Both the position numbers and the translations under genes were made by a program. Shown in pieces: positions 1-11,087 of a DNA stretch of 64,000 nucleotides. The stretch spans positions 1,120,001 to 1,184,000 of the forward strand of contig CAVVHE010000004.1 of assembly GCA_963748015.1 (NCBI GenBank). The letters are read 5' to 3'. Every line of letters starts with the position of its first letter. The first letter of the stretch is position 1. Source of the stretch: Terriglobia bacterium (GTDB lineage: Bacteria > Acidobacteriota > Polarisedimenticolia > Polarisedimenticolales > JAIQFR01). The notes beneath the pieces were generated by a model, which did no database searches, was not told where the DNA came from, and saw only the letters and a list, made by a program, of their open reading frames with translations.

Positions 1-230
1 GGATCCACACGCCCGGGCATCTCGGCGATCGTCCGCACCTCCGCCCCCGAGCGCCCCGCCGACACCAGGATGCCTTCCCACTCCCGTCCTTTGCCGTCGA
101 ACACGGAGACGCGATCGCCGGGGCGGACCCTCAGCACTCGTACGACGTGGTGGGTCTCCTCCGGGTCGAGGGCGATCACGGCCCCCTCCCCGGCCACCGC
201 CTCGTGGTGAACCCGTGCGATCCGCTCCAT
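1..230 (-). CDS. rsmE: 16S rRNA m3U1498 methyltransferase RsmE, N-terminal part (runs off the window edge)
   Basis: Manual translation from ATG at 230: MERIARVHH...LDPEETHHVVRVLRVRPGDRVSVFDGKGREW. HHxxRVLR..GD...FDG.G is the RsmE N-terminal signature; usual position after prmA. Confidence 0.9.
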   Translation of the reverse strand, partial: MERIARVHHEAVAGEGAVIALDPEETHHVVRVLRVRPGDRVSVFDGKGREWEGILVSAGRSGAEVRTIAEMPGRVD

Positions 231-235
231 GACGA

Positions 236-400
236 CTAGTGTCTCGTACCCGAAGTCCCGTTAACATCGAGGCCGTCGATGCGCCCGGCCTGCGAGGAGC
301 GACGAGGGAGCATACCGGGAGTATTCGACCGAGGAGCGACGAAGCAGGCCGGGATGCAGCGGCGGCCGAATGTAACGCGACTTCGGGTACGAGACACTAG
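236..400. mobile_element. MITE-like element with terminal inverted repeats and CTAG at both ends
   Basis: 236-257 CTAGTGTCTCGTACCCGAAGTC is the exact reverse complement of 379-400. CTAG at 236-239 and 397-400 is the probable target duplication. Internal IR at 284-293/344-353 and direct repeat GAGGAGCGACGA at 294-305/331-342. Confidence 0.75.
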
Positions 401-1263
401 GCGCTCCGCCGGGCGACGAGGAGGCACCACGGCCCCTCGTCTCCCCGCTCGATCACCCCGAGCCCGGCGCGGTCGAGGGCCGCCGTCACGTCCGCCGCGT
501 CCTCGCCGAGCAAGCCCGAGCAGACGAGGAGCCCCGAGGGACGGAGAGCGTCCGCGACGTCGGCCGCCCTGGCCAGGAAATACGGCGTCGCGATGTTGGC
601 CACGCACCCGTCGAACCCGGCTCCGGCCAGCCCGTCCGCGGAGCCGGTCCGGACGCTCACCTGCTCCGATGCGCCGTTCGCCTCGACGACCGCGCGCGCC
701 ACCTCGACCGCCTCGGGGTCGTCGTCCACCGCCTCGACGTGGCTCGCGCCGCAGCGCGCCGCGACGAGCGCGAGGATGCCGCTCCCGGTTCCGAGATCGA
801 GCCAGCGCTCGCCGGGACGCACGACCCGCTCCAGCGCGGCGGCGCACAGGCGCGTCGTGGCGTGCTCGCCCGTCCCGAACGCACGGCCCGGCACGAGATG
901 GATCGGCTCCCTCGCACCTTCGGACGTCAGCTCGCCGCTCGGGATCACGACGAACCGCTCGCCGAGAGGCAAGGGCTTGAGCGAGGCCTGGTAGCGCTCG
1001 ACCCAGCGCCCGTCCTCGACGGCGTCGACGGCGAGACCGCACGCGGCCGGATCGAGGCCGAGGCCGCGGAGCACGCCCGCGGCCCCGTCGAGACGCGCGC
1101 GCGCGTCCCCCTCGTCGGTGAAGTAGACGCTGAGGCGCACCGCACCGCCCGCCGGTGTCGTCTCGACCCCCAGGCTGCCCTCACCCAGCTCGGCGGCGAG
1201 CTCTTCCTCGAGCCCCATCGGGACCTCGAGGACCACCGAAATCCAGGACGCGTCGTTCGACAT
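397..1263 (-). CDS. prmA: Ribosomal protein L11 methyltransferase
   Basis: PGRAFGTGEHATT, LDLGTGSGILA and ANI motifs; follows dnaJ. Confidence 0.95.
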   Translation of the reverse strand: MSNDASWISVVLEVPMGLEEELAAELGEGSLGVETTPAGGAVRLSVYFTDEGDARARLDGAAGVLRGLGLDPAACGLAVDAVEDGRWVERYQASLKPLPLGERFVVIPSGELTSEGAREPIHLVPGRAFGTGEHATTRLCAAALERVVRPGERWLDLGTGSGILALVAARCGASHVEAVDDDPEAVEVARAVVEANGASEQVSVRTGSADGLAGAGFDGCVANIATPYFLARAADVADALRPSGLLVCSGLLGEDAADVTAALDRAGLGVIERGDEGPWCLLVARRSA

Positions 1264-1266
1264 TCG

Positions 1267-2376
1267 CTAGTTGAAGATGTCCTTCACGCGATCGAACAGC
1301 CCCCGGCCGGAGGCTTCTTCTCCCTCGAGCCTGGCGAGTCGCTCGAACAGCTCGCGCTGCTCCGCGGTGAGGCGCGCCGGCGTCCGGACGAGGACCGCGA
1401 CGTGGTGGTCGCCGCGCCCGCCGCCGCCGACCGCCGGGATCCCCTTCCCCTGGAGGCGGAAGACGGTTCCGGACTGGGTGCCCGCGGGAACCTCGAAGTC
1501 CTCCTCGCCGTCGAGCGTCTCGATCTTGATCTTCGACCCGAGCGCGGCCTGGGCGAAGCCGACCGCGACCTCGGAACGGATGTCCTTCCCGTCACGCTCG
1601 AAGACCGCGTGCGCGGCGACGTGGATCACGACGTAGAGGTCGCCGGGAGGGCCGTCGTCGGGACTCGCCTCTCCCTCTCCCGCGAGCCGGAGGTGCATCC
1701 CCTCGTCCACGCCGGCCGGGATGCGCACGGTCAGGGTGCGCTCGCGGCGAATCCTGCCCCCCCCGTCGCACTTCGGGCACGGATCCGTGATGACGCGCCC
1801 CGTGCCGCGGCAGCGGCCGCAGGGGCGGGTGAGCGTGAAGAACCCCTGCTGGAAGGCCACCTGCCCCCGGCCGCCGCACTGGGAGCAGCTCTTGATGCCG
1901 TCCGCGCTCGAAGCACCCCGGCCGCCGCACCCCGCGCACTTCTCCGTGCGGGGAACCTTGATCTTGGTCTCGAGTCCTCGCACGGCCTCGTCGAAGTCGA
2001 GCTCGAGGTCGTACCGGAGATCGTCCCCGGGACGGCGCGCGGGCCGCCGGCGGCCCCCTCCGAACAGGCCGCCGAATCCGAAGAAGTCGCCGAGGATGTC
2101 CGCGAAATCGGCGAAGATCTCCTGGTCGAAACCCTGGAAGCCCCCGTGCGCGCCGAGCCCGGCCCGGCCGAACCGGTCGTACCGCTCCCGCTTCTCCGGG
2201 TCGGACAGCACCGAGTAGGCCTCGGCGGCTTCCTTGAATCGCTCCTCGGCTTCCTTGTTTCCCGGGTTCTTGTCGGGGTGGTACTGCAGCGCGAGGCGCC
2301 GGTACGCCTTCTTGACTTCGGCGGCTTCGGCCCCCCGGGCCACGCCGAGGATCTCGTAATAATCGCGGTCGGACAC
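1267..2376 (-). CDS. dnaJ: Chaperone DnaJ
   Basis: J domain with HPD, G/F-rich region and four CxxCxGxG zinc repeats. Confidence 0.98.
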   Translation of the reverse strand: MSDRDYYEILGVARGAEAAEVKKAYRRLALQYHPDKNPGNKEAEERFKEAAEAYSVLSDPEKRERYDRFGRAGLGAHGGFQGFDQEIFADFADILGDFFGFGGLFGGGRRRPARRPGDDLRYDLELDFDEAVRGLETKIKVPRTEKCAGCGGRGASSADGIKSCSQCGGRGQVAFQQGFFTLTRPCGRCRGTGRVITDPCPKCDGGGRIRRERTLTVRIPAGVDEGMHLRLAGEGEASPDDGPPGDLYVVIHVAAHAVFERDGKDIRSEVAVGFAQAALGSKIKIETLDGEEDFEVPAGTQSGTVFRLQGKGIPAVGGGGRGDHHVAVLVRTPARLTAEQRELFERLARLEGEEASGRGLFDRVKDIFN

Positions 2377-2409
2377 GCTGCCTCTCCTCCGGATCCGGCC
2401 ACCGGGCGC

Positions 2410-4272
2410 CTAGGACTCCTCCACCGAGTCGGCCACGTCCTTGTCCGGCTTGCTGTCGAACGCCCCGGGATCGTACAGGATCACCTCCGACAGGATTCGC
2501 CCCACCTCGGCGATGCGCTCGAGCGACTGGGTGCACTCCGCCGCGTTCCCCCCCTGCAGGGCCTTGCGCGCCTGGTCGAGGATCTTGCGCACGAGCCCCT
2601 GATGGTCGGAGCTGAGCATGGAGCCGAACTCCGCGAAGGTCTTCTGGTTGCTGTCCACCAGCCCCTCGAGGCGGCTCCGGACCCGGATCAGCTCGGCACG
2701 CCGCCGGTCGTCGTCCGCGTGAGTCGCGGCGTCGTCGATGATCTTCTGGATGTCGTCCTCGGTGAGGCCGCCGGACGGGGTCACGACGATCTTCTGCTCG
2801 CGGCTCGTCGCCGTGTCGCGCGCCTGGACGTTGACGATGCCGTTGGAGTCGATGTCGAACGCCACCTCGATCTGCGGCACCCCCTTCGGGGCCGGCGGGA
2901 TCCCGACCAGCTCGAACCGTCCGAGCGACTTGTTGTGCGCGGCGATCTCCCTCTCGCCCTGAAGCACGTGGACCTCGACCTTCGACTGGTTGTCCGCGAC
3001 CGTGGTGAAGACGCGCCCCTTCCGCGTGGGAATGGTCGAGTTGCGCTCGATGATCTTCGTGAACATGCCTCCCCGGGTCTCGATGCCGAGGGACAGCGGC
3101 GTGACGTCGAGGAGCACCATGTCCTTGACGTCGCCCTTCAGGATGCCGGCCTGGATCGCCGCTCCCATGCCCACGACCTCGTCCGGATTGATCGCCTGGT
3201 TCGGCTCGCGCCCGAAGATCTCCCGCACCGCCTGGACGACCCGCGGCATCCGGGTCTGGCCTCCCACGAGGAGGACCTCGTCCACTTCCTCGGGCCTCAT
3301 GCCCGCGAGGCGCAGGGCCTCCTCGCACGGCTTGCGGGTCTTCTCGATCAGGTCGTCGACGAGCTCCTCGAATTTCGCCCGGGTGAGCACCGCGTGAAGG
3401 TGCCTCGCTCCCCCCTCGTCGGCGCTGATGAAGGGCAGGTTGATCTCCGCGCTCTCCTCGCGCGACAGCTCGCACTTCGCCTTCTCCGCCGACTCCTTGA
3501 GCCGCTGGAGGGCCAGTCGATCCGAGCGGAGATCGGTACCGGTCTCCGTCTGCGCCAGGTCGATGAGCCAGTCCACGATCCTCTGGTCGAAGTCCTCGCC
3601 CCCGAGGAACGTGTCGCCGGACGTCGCCTTGACCTCGACGACGCCCTCGCCGAGTTGGAGGATCGAGATGTCGAAGGTCCCCCCGCCGAGGTCGTAGACC
3701 GCGATCCGGCGGGACGCCGTGCCCTCGTCCATGCCGTAGGCGAGCGCGGCGGCCGTCGGCTCGTTGACGATCCGCAGCACGTTGAGCCCGGCGATTCGCC
3801 CGGCGTCCTTCGTCGCCTGGCGCTGCGAGTCGTCGAAGTACGCGGGGACCGTGATGACGGCCTCTGCGACGTCGCCCCCCACGTTGTCCTCGGCCATCTC
3901 CCTGAGGCGGGACAGCAGGAACGCCGACAGCTCCGGGGGCGAGTAGTCCCGGTCCCGGAGGCGGATCCAGGCGTCGCCGTTCGGGGCGGCGACGATCTCG
4001 TACGGGACGAGCTGCTTCGCCCGGGCCACCTCGATCGACTCGTACTTCCTGCCGATCAGCCGCTTCACCGCGTAGATGGTGCTCTGGGGATTCGTCAACG
4101 CCTGCCGCTTCGCGATCTGCCCCACGAGGCGCTCCCCGCGGGAGGTGAAGGCGACCACGGAGGGCGTGGTTCGCCCTCCCTCGCGGCTCGTGACGACGCG
4201 GGGCTTGCCGCCTTCCATGACGGCGATGCAGCAGTTGGTCGTTCCGAGGTCGATGCCGATGACCTTGCCCAT
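2410..4272 (-). CDS. dnaK: Chaperone DnaK (Hsp70)
   Basis: [33 protein letters not shown]. Confidence 0.98.
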   Translation of the reverse strand: MGKVIGIDLGTTNCCIAVMEGGKPRVVTSREGGRTTPSVVAFTSRGERLVGQIAKRQALTNPQSTIYAVKRLIGRKYESIEVARAKQLVPYEIVAAPNGDAWIRLRDRDYSPPELSAFLLSRLREMAEDNVGGDVAEAVITVPAYFDDSQRQATKDAGRIAGLNVLRIVNEPTAAALAYGMDEGTASRRIAVYDLGGGTFDISILQLGEGVVEVKATSGDTFLGGEDFDQRIVDWLIDLAQTETGTDLRSDRLALQRLKESAEKAKCELSREESAEINLPFISADEGGARHLHAVLTRAKFEELVDDLIEKTRKPCEEALRLAGMRPEEVDEVLLVGGQTRMPRVVQAVREIFGREPNQAINPDEVVGMGAAIQAGILKGDVKDMVLLDVTPLSLGIETRGGMFTKIIERNSTIPTRKGRVFTTVADNQSKVEVHVLQGEREIAAHNKSLGRFELVGIPPAPKGVPQIEVAFDIDSNGIVNVQARDTATSREQKIVVTPSGGLTEDDIQKIIDDAATHADDDRRRAELIRVRSRLEGLVDSNQKTFAEFGSMLSSDHQGLVRKILDQARKALQGGNAAECTQSLERIAEVGRILSEVILYDPGAFDSKPDKDVADSVEES

Positions 4273-4902
4273 CTATCGGACCTCCCGGGAGGCGGCGTCG
4301 CCGCCTCCGGCTTCCCCGCCGACGCTCACCCTCACGAGGGCCGGACGCAGCAGCCGCTCGCGCAGGAAGTAGCCTCGCTGGATCTCGTCGATGACCGTGT
4401 TCTCCGGAATCCCCGTCGCCTTCGCTGTGGCCACCGCCTCGTGGATCGCCGGGTCGAAGGGCTGCCCCAGGGCATCCACCGGCCGGAGCCCTTCCTTCTT
4501 CAGCGCCTCGGCCAGCTGCCGGTGGATCAGCTCGACGCCCGCGCGGAATGCCGCGTTTTCCCCCTCGAGGCGCTCGGAAGCGATCGCGCGGTCGAAGTTG
4601 TCGAGCACCGGCAGGAGCTCGGTGACCAGCCGGATCGTGGCGATCGCCCTGAACTCCACCTGCTCCCGCTCGATCCTCTTGCGGAGGTTCTCGAAATCCG
4701 CCTGCAGCCTCATGAGCCGCTCCCGGCTCGCCGTGTCTTCCCGCGGTCCCGAGGCCTGCGGAGGCTCTTCGAAGACGACATCCACCTCGTCGCGCCCGTT
4801 CCGGGCGCCGGCGTCATCCATCCCCTCGATCTCGATGATCTCGATCTCGTCGGGATCGGACGGGACCTCTCTCCGCTCTTCACCCTCGCTTTTTCGCGTC
4901 AT
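4273..4902 (-). CDS. grpE: Nucleotide exchange factor GrpE
   Basis: RLQADFENLRKR, LLPVLDNFDRA, FDPAIHEA, GY...RLLRPALVRV. Start moved to ATG at 4902 (MTRKSE) with an upstream GGGAG RBS. Confidence 0.95.
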   Translation of the reverse strand: MTRKSEGEERREVPSDPDEIEIIEIEGMDDAGARNGRDEVDVVFEEPPQASGPREDTASRERLMRLQADFENLRKRIEREQVEFRAIATIRLVTELLPVLDNFDRAIASERLEGENAAFRAGVELIHRQLAEALKKEGLRPVDALGQPFDPAIHEAVATAKATGIPENTVIDEIQRGYFLRERLLRPALVRVSVGGEAGGGDAASREVR

Positions 4903-4922
4903 CTCCCTGTCCCTCGACAACC

Positions 4923-5987
4923 TCATTCTCCCGCGCTCGAGAGGAGCCGGGTGAGAACCTGCGCGAGGTGCTCGACGAGGGCAATCGCCCTCGCGTACTC
5001 CATGCGCGTCGGTCCGACGATGCCCACGGTCCCCATGACGCGATCCCCCGCCCCGTAGGTCGACGCGACCACGGACAGGTCCGCGAGGTCCGAGACCGGG
5101 TTCTCGCGCCCGATGACGACCTGGACCCCTTCCCCTTCGAGGATGCTGTTGAGCAGCTCCACGAGACGGCTCTTCTCCTCCAGCGTCCGGAACAGCGAGC
5201 GCATCCGGTGCAAGTCGGCGAACTCCGGCGAGCCGAACAGGTTCGACGCCCCCTCGACGAACACCTCGCCGGCGGCGTCCACGCCGACGGCTCGGCGCGC
5301 GAGATCGAGGCTCGCGGCGAGCATCCGGTCGCACTGCGCGCTCTCCTCGGACATCAGGCGAAGCACGGCTTCCCGCATGCGGGGCAGCGTGTAGCCCGAG
5401 TACAGCTCCGACAGCTGCCTTCCGATCCGGTCCAGCTCGTCCTGGTCGAGCGGCTCCGCGACCTCCAGGATCCGGTTGTGCACGACCCCCGAGCGGTCCA
5501 CGAGGATCGCGACGAGCCGCCGTCCATCGAGCCGGACGAACTCGAGGTGCTCGACGACGATCCGCCTCAGCTCCGGCGCCAGGACCACGCCGACGTGGTT
5601 CGAGAAGCGCGAGAGCTGCCGGCTCGCCTCGCCGAGCAGCTCCGGAATCTCCCCGCGGCTTCGGATCAGGGCCTCGTCGATCGCGTGAAGCTGGGCCGGC
5701 GCCATCTTCGCGGGACCCATCAGGCGGTCCACGTACAGACGGTAGGCGCGATCGGTGGGCACGCGCCCGGCCGAGGGGTGCGGCTGGGCGAGGAGTCCCA
5801 TCTGCTCGAGGTCGGACATGATGTTCCGGATCGTCGCCGGCGACAGGTCGAGACCCCGCCCCCGCGACACGGTCCTCGATCCGACCGGCTCGCCCGAGAG
5901 GATGTGGGACTGGATCACGGTCCGCAGGATCTCCCGCTCACGGGAGTCCAGTTCGATCGGGCCGTGTCCTCGCGTGTCCTTGGTCAA
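4923..5987 (-). CDS. hrcA: Heat-inducible transcription repressor HrcA
   Basis: GEPVGSRT, LSPATIRNIMSDLE, QPHPSAGRVPT, GIVGPTRMEY. Probable TTG start at 5987. Confidence 0.95.
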   Translation of the reverse strand: MTKDTRGHGPIELDSREREILRTVIQSHILSGEPVGSRTVSRGRGLDLSPATIRNIMSDLEQMGLLAQPHPSAGRVPTDRAYRLYVDRLMGPAKMAPAQLHAIDEALIRSRGEIPELLGEASRQLSRFSNHVGVVLAPELRRIVVEHLEFVRLDGRRLVAILVDRSGVVHNRILEVAEPLDQDELDRIGRQLSELYSGYTLPRMREAVLRLMSEESAQCDRMLAASLDLARRAVGVDAAGEVFVEGASNLFGSPEFADLHRMRSLFRTLEEKSRLVELLNSILEGEGVQVVIGRENPVSDLADLSVVASTYGAGDRVMGTVGIVGPTRMEYARAIALVEHLAQVLTRLLSSAGE

Positions 5988-6030
5988 GCTGTTTCGCTCC
6001 GGGCCGCGCGCGGCCAGCCGCGGCAGGCGC

Positions 6031-7165
6031 TCAAGCCGGGCGTCCCGCCCGGGCATCGGCCGACTCCCGCGCCGCGCCGAGCGCGGCGCGGATGAACCCG
6101 TCCAGGTCCCCGCCCAGAACCCGGTCCGCGTCCCCCATCTCGAACCCGGTCCGGTGGTCCTTCACCAGGCGGTACGGCGCGAGAACGTAGGACCGGATCT
6201 GGCTTCCCCACTCGATCTTCTTCTTCTCGCCGACTTCCTGGGCCATCTTCGCGTCGGCCTCCTTCTGCGCGAGGTCGACGAGCTTGGCCTTCAGGACCTT
6301 CATGGCCACGTCGCGGTTCCGGTGCTGGGACCGCTCGTTCTGGCAGGTCACCACGATGCCGGTCGGGAGGTGGGTGATCCGGATCGCGGAATCGGTCACG
6401 TTCACGTGCTGCCCGCCCGCGCCCGAGGAGCGGTAGGTGTCCACCCTCAGGTCCTTTTCGTCCACCACCACGTCCACGTCCTCCGTGACGTCCGGGATCA
6501 CGTCCACCGACGCGAACGAAGTGTGCCTTCGCGCCTGCGCGTCGAAGGGCGAGATCCTCACGAGGCGGTGGACGCCTCGCTCCGTCCTCAGGTAGCCATA
6601 GACGTTCGGCCCGCGTATCCCGAGGGTGACGCTCTTGATCCCCGCCTCGTCCCCCGCCTGGTAGTCGAGCGTCTCCACCTTGAAGCCGCGCCGCTCCGCC
6701 CACCGCACGTACATCCTCAGGAGCATCTCCGCCCAGTCCTGCGACTCGGTGCCGCCGGCCCCGGGGTGCACCTCGAGGATCGCGTCCGAGGCGTCGTGCT
6801 CTCCGGTCAACAGGGTCGCGAGCTCGACTTCCTCCGCGCGGCGCCCCAGCGCGTCCACGGCGGCGGCCAGCTCGCCGCCGACGTCCTCGCCCTCCCGGAC
6901 GAGGTCGAGGAACGTCCTCGCATCGTCCAGGAGCGTCCCGAGGCCCCGGACCGTCTCGATGCTCTCGACGAGCCTGGATTGCCGCTGCCGGAGGCGGCGC
7001 GCCCGCTCGGCGTCCCCCCAGACCTCGGGAAGGGTCAGCTGGTGCTCGATGTCGGCGAGCTCTCCCTGCTTCCGCTCGACATCAAAGAAACCTCCGGAGC
7101 GCGTCCACCTTTTCGGCGAGCGCCTCGATCCGGCCGACGAGATCCTGGAGATCCGGGCTCCTCAC
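6031..7165 (-). CDS. prfB: Peptide chain release factor 2, with programmed +1 frameshift at 7082-7087
   Basis: SPF and GGQ motifs. The short first frame from GTG 7165 ends in CGG AGG TTT CTT TGA T, and the +1 frame (GAT GTC GAG...) continues into the RF2 body. Confidence 0.96.
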
Positions 7166-7282
7166 GTTCCATCCTCCGCCCTTCGGGCAAATGTAGAACT
7201 CGCGGGCACGGGCGCAAGCCCGGGCGCTCCAAAATAACACAGTGCTCCTGGAGACGGCGGCGGGCCGGCGTCCGCCGCCGGA

Positions 7283-7867
7283 TCATTCGGCCTTGGTCAC
7301 CCAGGCCCCGGCCTGCCCTTCCCGCTTCAGCCGCTCGGCGACGGCCTGCGCTTCGGCGCGCTCGCTGTAGCCGCCCACGCGGACCTTGAAGAGCGCCCCC
7401 CGACCTTCCCGCTCGCCCTCGACCGAGACCGGATAGCCGTGGCTGCCGAGCGAACGAACGATCTCCTCGGCGGCCTTGCGGTCCCGTCCGGCGAACACCT
7501 GCACGAAGAACGGCCCTCCCCGAGGTGGCGATACCGGGGAGGCGGCGACCTCCGGCGCCCTTTCGGAAGGCTCGGCGGGAACGGTCTTCGGGCGGACCTC
7601 GCGCTGCGGCTCGGCCGCCCTCCCGCCGCCGCCCAGGGTGTCGAAGAAGGTCAGGTCCTCGGCCTTGGCCTCGTCTCCGGTGGCGTCAGCGGACGGCTCT
7701 CGCCCGGCGGACGCCGCCTGGGGCGAGACCTGCCGCTCGAACCAGCGCCCCGCCCAGAACACGAGGGTGAGCAGGGCGACGAGCACTCCTCCGGTGACGA
7801 ACAGGGCGATCCCCTGGATCCGCACCTCGCGCGGGGGCGCCTCGCCGTCGCGCGCTTCAGGGTCCAT
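7283..7867 (-). CDS. SPOR-domain cell division/peptidoglycan-binding membrane protein (DedD/FtsN-like)
   Basis: N-terminal TM helix, LTFFDTL motif, C-terminal FFVQVFA...FKVRVGGY...AEAQAVAERL SPOR domain. Confidence 0.85.
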   Translation of the reverse strand: MDPEARDGEAPPREVRIQGIALFVTGGVLVALLTLVFWAGRWFERQVSPQAASAGREPSADATGDEAKAEDLTFFDTLGGGGRAAEPQREVRPKTVPAEPSERAPEVAASPVSPPRGGPFFVQVFAGRDRKAAEEIVRSLGSHGYPVSVEGEREGRGALFKVRVGGYSERAEAQAVAERLKREGQAGAWVTKAE

Positions 7868-8903
7868 GACCTTCCTCGACGATCTCCGCGATCGCGATCG
7901 AGTTCTTGACGCCGTTCTTGATCCGCTGCATCGCCCAGTCCGCGCGCTCGAGGAGCTCGCCCTTGGTCCTGGCGTGCAGCGGGAACGACGCGATGCCGAA
8001 CGATGCCGTCATCTTCACGCCCCCTCGCTCCCCCAGCTGGTCGGCGAGAAACGCCTTGCCGGCGATCGCGACCCGCACCCGCTCGGCGACCTCGAGGGCC
8101 CCGTGCCACTCGGTCTCCGGCAGGACGATGCAGAACTCGTCCCCGCCGAACCTGAACAGCTTGTCGAACTTCCGGACCTTTCCCCGGACGCGGAGCGACA
8201 CCTCGAAGAGCGCGCGGCTCCCCATCGCATGGCCGAGGAGGCTGTTCACCTGCTTGAGACCGTCCATGTCGAAGAAGATCAGCGAGAGCGGCGCATGGAA
8301 CCTGCTCGCGCGCGCGAGCTCCTCCGCCAGGAACTCCTCGAAGTGGCGCCGGTTGAAACACTCCGTGGTGTCGTCCTTGATCACGAGGTCCCGGATCGAC
8401 CGGACCTGCAGGGCGTTCTCCACCGCCCGGCGCGCGGCGGTCACGAGCGACCTCACGCGGTCGAGCTCCGCCCCGGTCTTCCTCGCCCCCACGACGACGA
8501 GCAGGCCCACGGCCTTCTCGTCCCTTCCCCTGAGCGCGAGCATTGCGCTCGAGACGGGAACCACGCCGCCGAGAAGGGCGGCTGCCCGGCCCGGCGGCTC
8601 CCCTTCCGCCGCCCACGCCTCGATCTCCAACGGACGGAGCTTCGTTCCGGTGAGGTCCGCGCCCCCGCGGGCCCGGACCGTCGCGACGGGCACGAGGGCC
8701 ACGCGCTCGTCGTCGAGCGCGAGGCCGAAGGCGGCATCCGCGGCCGTCCACGACACCGCGCGCTCCGCGAGCACCTCGAGCTGCTCGGGCAGATCGAGCC
8801 GTCCGTGGACCTCGAGCAGCGCGGCCAGCACCTCGGGATCGGTGCCGGCCGGAGGGACCACCGGGCCTTCGGGCTCTCGGCCGCCTGCCGGGGTGAAACT
8901 CAC
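7857..8903 (-). CDS. Diguanylate cyclase (GGDEF) with an N-terminal GAF-like region
   Basis: DDTTECFNRR, FFDMDGLKQVN, intact GGDEF with an RxxD I-site (RKFD) five residues upstream. Confidence 0.92.
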   Translation of the reverse strand: MSFTPAGGREPEGPVVPPAGTDPEVLAALLEVHGRLDLPEQLEVLAERAVSWTAADAAFGLALDDERVALVPVATVRARGGADLTGTKLRPLEIEAWAAEGEPPGRAAALLGGVVPVSSAMLALRGRDEKAVGLLVVVGARKTGAELDRVRSLVTAARRAVENALQVRSIRDLVIKDDTTECFNRRHFEEFLAEELARASRFHAPLSLIFFDMDGLKQVNSLLGHAMGSRALFEVSLRVRGKVRKFDKLFRFGGDEFCIVLPETEWHGALEVAERVRVAIAGKAFLADQLGERGGVKMTASFGIASFPLHARTKGELLERADWAMQRIKNGVKNSIAIAEIVEEGHGP

Positions 8904-8937
8904 CGGGTCCCTCCCGCTCCGGACAACCCGCTCCGGC

Positions 8938-9696
8938 TCACGATTTCAGGAACCCCTTGATCAGATCGATGGGGAGCGGGAACACGATCGTCGAGTTCTT
9001 CTCCGATGCGATCTCCGTCAGCGTCTGGAGGTACCGGAGCTGGAGCGTGATGGGGTGCTTCCCTACTTCCTCCGCGGCCTTCGCGAGGTTGGTCGCCGCG
9101 AGGAACTCGCCCTCGGCGTGGATGATCTTCGCGCGCTTCTCGCGCTCGGCCTCCGCTTGCTTCGCCATCGCGCGCTGCATCTCCACCGGCAGGTCCACGT
9201 GCTTGACCTCGACCGCGGAGACCTTGATCCCCCACGGATCGGTGTGCTTGTCGAGGATCTTCTGGAGCTGCTGGTTGAGCTTCTCGCGCTCGGCCAGGAG
9301 CGCGTCCAGCTCCACCTGGCCCAGGACCGACCGGAGCGTGGTCTGCGAAAGCTGGCTGGTGGCGTAGTGGTAGTTCTCGACCTCCACCACCGCCCTCCTC
9401 GGGTTCATCACCCGGAAGTAGACGACGGCGTTCACCTTCACCGAGACGTTGTCGCGCGTGATGATGTCCTGCGGGGGGACGTCGTGGACCACCGTCCGGA
9501 GCGAGATGCGGATCATCCGGTCCACGACCGGGATCAGGAGGAACAGGCCCGGCCCGTAATCCATCGGGCGCAGGCGCCCCAGGCGGAACACGACCCCGCG
9601 CTCGTACTCCGGCAGGATCTTGATCGAGTTGACGACGATCAGCACCAGCACGATCAGCGCGGCGAGGATCCCGACGGGTAACTGCACGGGAAGCAT
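8938..9696 (-). CDS. Slipin/stomatin (SPFH, band 7) family protein
   Basis: [50 protein letters not shown]. Start at ATG 9696. Confidence 0.93.
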   Translation of the reverse strand: MLPVQLPVGILAALIVLVLIVVNSIKILPEYERGVVFRLGRLRPMDYGPGLFLLIPVVDRMIRISLRTVVHDVPPQDIITRDNVSVKVNAVVYFRVMNPRRAVVEVENYHYATSQLSQTTLRSVLGQVELDALLAEREKLNQQLQKILDKHTDPWGIKVSAVEVKHVDLPVEMQRAMAKQAEAEREKRAKIIHAEGEFLAATNLAKAAEEVGKHPITLQLRYLQTLTEIASEKNSTIVFPLPIDLIKGFLKS

Positions 9697-9697
9697 C

Positions 9698-11008
9698 TCA
9701 GCTCCCTTCCGCCGGCGGCTTCTCCGCCGGCACGACGACCAGAAGCATCTCTTCGACGCGCACCACGCGCACGCGCGCGCCCTTCCGTACCGGACCGGAG
9801 GGGGACACGGCATCCCAGATCTCCCCGTGGACGAACACCTTGCCCTCGGGGTCGAGGTCCGCGACCACGCTCCCCGCCTCTCCCTGGAGCCCCTCGACTC
9901 CCGTGGAGACGGGCGACCGCTGGGCGCGGACGGCGAGCCGCACCGCCAGCGCGCACGCTCCCGCGAGGGTGAGGCTCGCCGGGAGGACCGCCAGCAGCGG
10001 CAGCCTCAACTCCGGGATCGGGCCGCGGAAGAGCATGAGCGAGCCCAGCACGAGACAGGCCACGCCTCCGACCGTGAGCATGCCGTGCGACACGACCTTG
10101 ATCTCGAGCACGAACAGTACGATCGCCAGGAGGATCAGGAGGATCCCGATCGCCGAGACGGGCAGGATTTGCGCCGAGAACGCGAAGAGCAGGAGGCAGA
10201 GCACTCCCGTGACCGCCGGGAAGACCAGCCCCGGGTGGCTGAGCTCCACGTAGAGCCCGCCCAGGCCGAGCAGGAGCAGCAGGTACGCGACCAGGGGGTT
10301 CGCGAGAAGCCCGAGCACCTGCTCCCGGAACGTCGTCTCCTGAAGGAGGATCACGGCCCCCGCGGTTCTGAGCGTCGTCGCGCTCCCGTCGAACCGCTTG
10401 ATCTCGCGTCCGTCGAGCTGCCGGAGGAGGTCGTCCACGTCCGCGGCGACCAGGTCGATGACCCGGTCCTTCATCGCCTGGCCGTCCGTGTACGCCTCCG
10501 CGGCGAGGACCGCCTTCTCGCACGCCTCCACGTTCCTGCCGCGGTGCTCCGCGAGGGTGCGCGCGCGAGCCGCCACGTCGCTCGAGGCCTTCTTGAGCCC
10601 CACGTCGCTCTCGGGGTTCGCGCCGAACAGCGAGGAGATCACGGCCGCCGCACCGGTGTGCGTGCCGGGAGCCATCGCGGCGACGTCGGCCGCGATCAGG
10701 ATGAGGAACCCCGCGGAAGCGGCCTTCGCCCCCGCCGGCCCGACCCAGCAGACGACCGGCGTCTTGGCGGCCAGCTCGCGCTGCACGATCTTCTCTAGGG
10801 AGACCACGAGGCCGCCGGGGGTGTCGAGGCGGATCAGGACGAGATCCTCGCCGTCGCGGTCGGCCCGGTCGATCGCCGCGATCACGCGCCCCGCGCTCAC
10901 GGGCGTGACGACATCGTCGAACTCGACCAGCCGAACCCGCGGCTCCGCCGCGGAGGCCGGCGCGGCGAGGAGCAGCGCGAACGCCGCGAGAATCAGGACC
11001 TTCCTCAT
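9698..11008 (-). CDS. nfeD: NfeD-type membrane-bound serine protease (ClpP-like + TM + OB fold)
   Basis: [20 protein letters not shown], several TM helices, [12 protein letters not shown]. Adjacent to slipin. Confidence 0.92.
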   Translation of the reverse strand: MRKVLILAAFALLLAAPASAAEPRVRLVEFDDVVTPVSAGRVIAAIDRADRDGEDLVLIRLDTPGGLVVSLEKIVQRELAAKTPVVCWVGPAGAKAASAGFLILIAADVAAMAPGTHTGAAAVISSLFGANPESDVGLKKASSDVAARARTLAEHRGRNVEACEKAVLAAEAYTDGQAMKDRVIDLVAADVDDLLRQLDGREIKRFDGSATTLRTAGAVILLQETTFREQVLGLLANPLVAYLLLLLGLGGLYVELSHPGLVFPAVTGVLCLLLFAFSAQILPVSAIGILLILLAIVLFVLEIKVVSHGMLTVGGVACLVLGSLMLFRGPIPELRLPLLAVLPASLTLAGACALAVRLAVRAQRSPVSTGVEGLQGEAGSVVADLDPEGKVFVHGEIWDAVSPSGPVRKGARVRVVRVEEMLLVVVPAEKPPAEGS

Positions 11009-11087
11009 GTCGGCGAGTATAGGGGTCGCGCGCGAAGAGGGTCAAGCTCGCGCCACGGTCTGCCGCCTCCGGCCGGCGGAAACCGGC

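Noticed and set aside
739..5058. Very long antisense or alternative-frame ORFs (e.g. 739-5058, 13015-15900, 23701-26346, 26216-29044, 42314-45472)
   Set aside because: Shadow ORFs expected at ~70% GC, opposite or overlapping clear genes; Arg/Pro/Gly-rich with no family motifs.
7222..7248. CIRCE-like sequence upstream of prfB
   Set aside because: Only the inner bases match, the outer TT/AA are missing and the spacing is off by one; not called as a feature.
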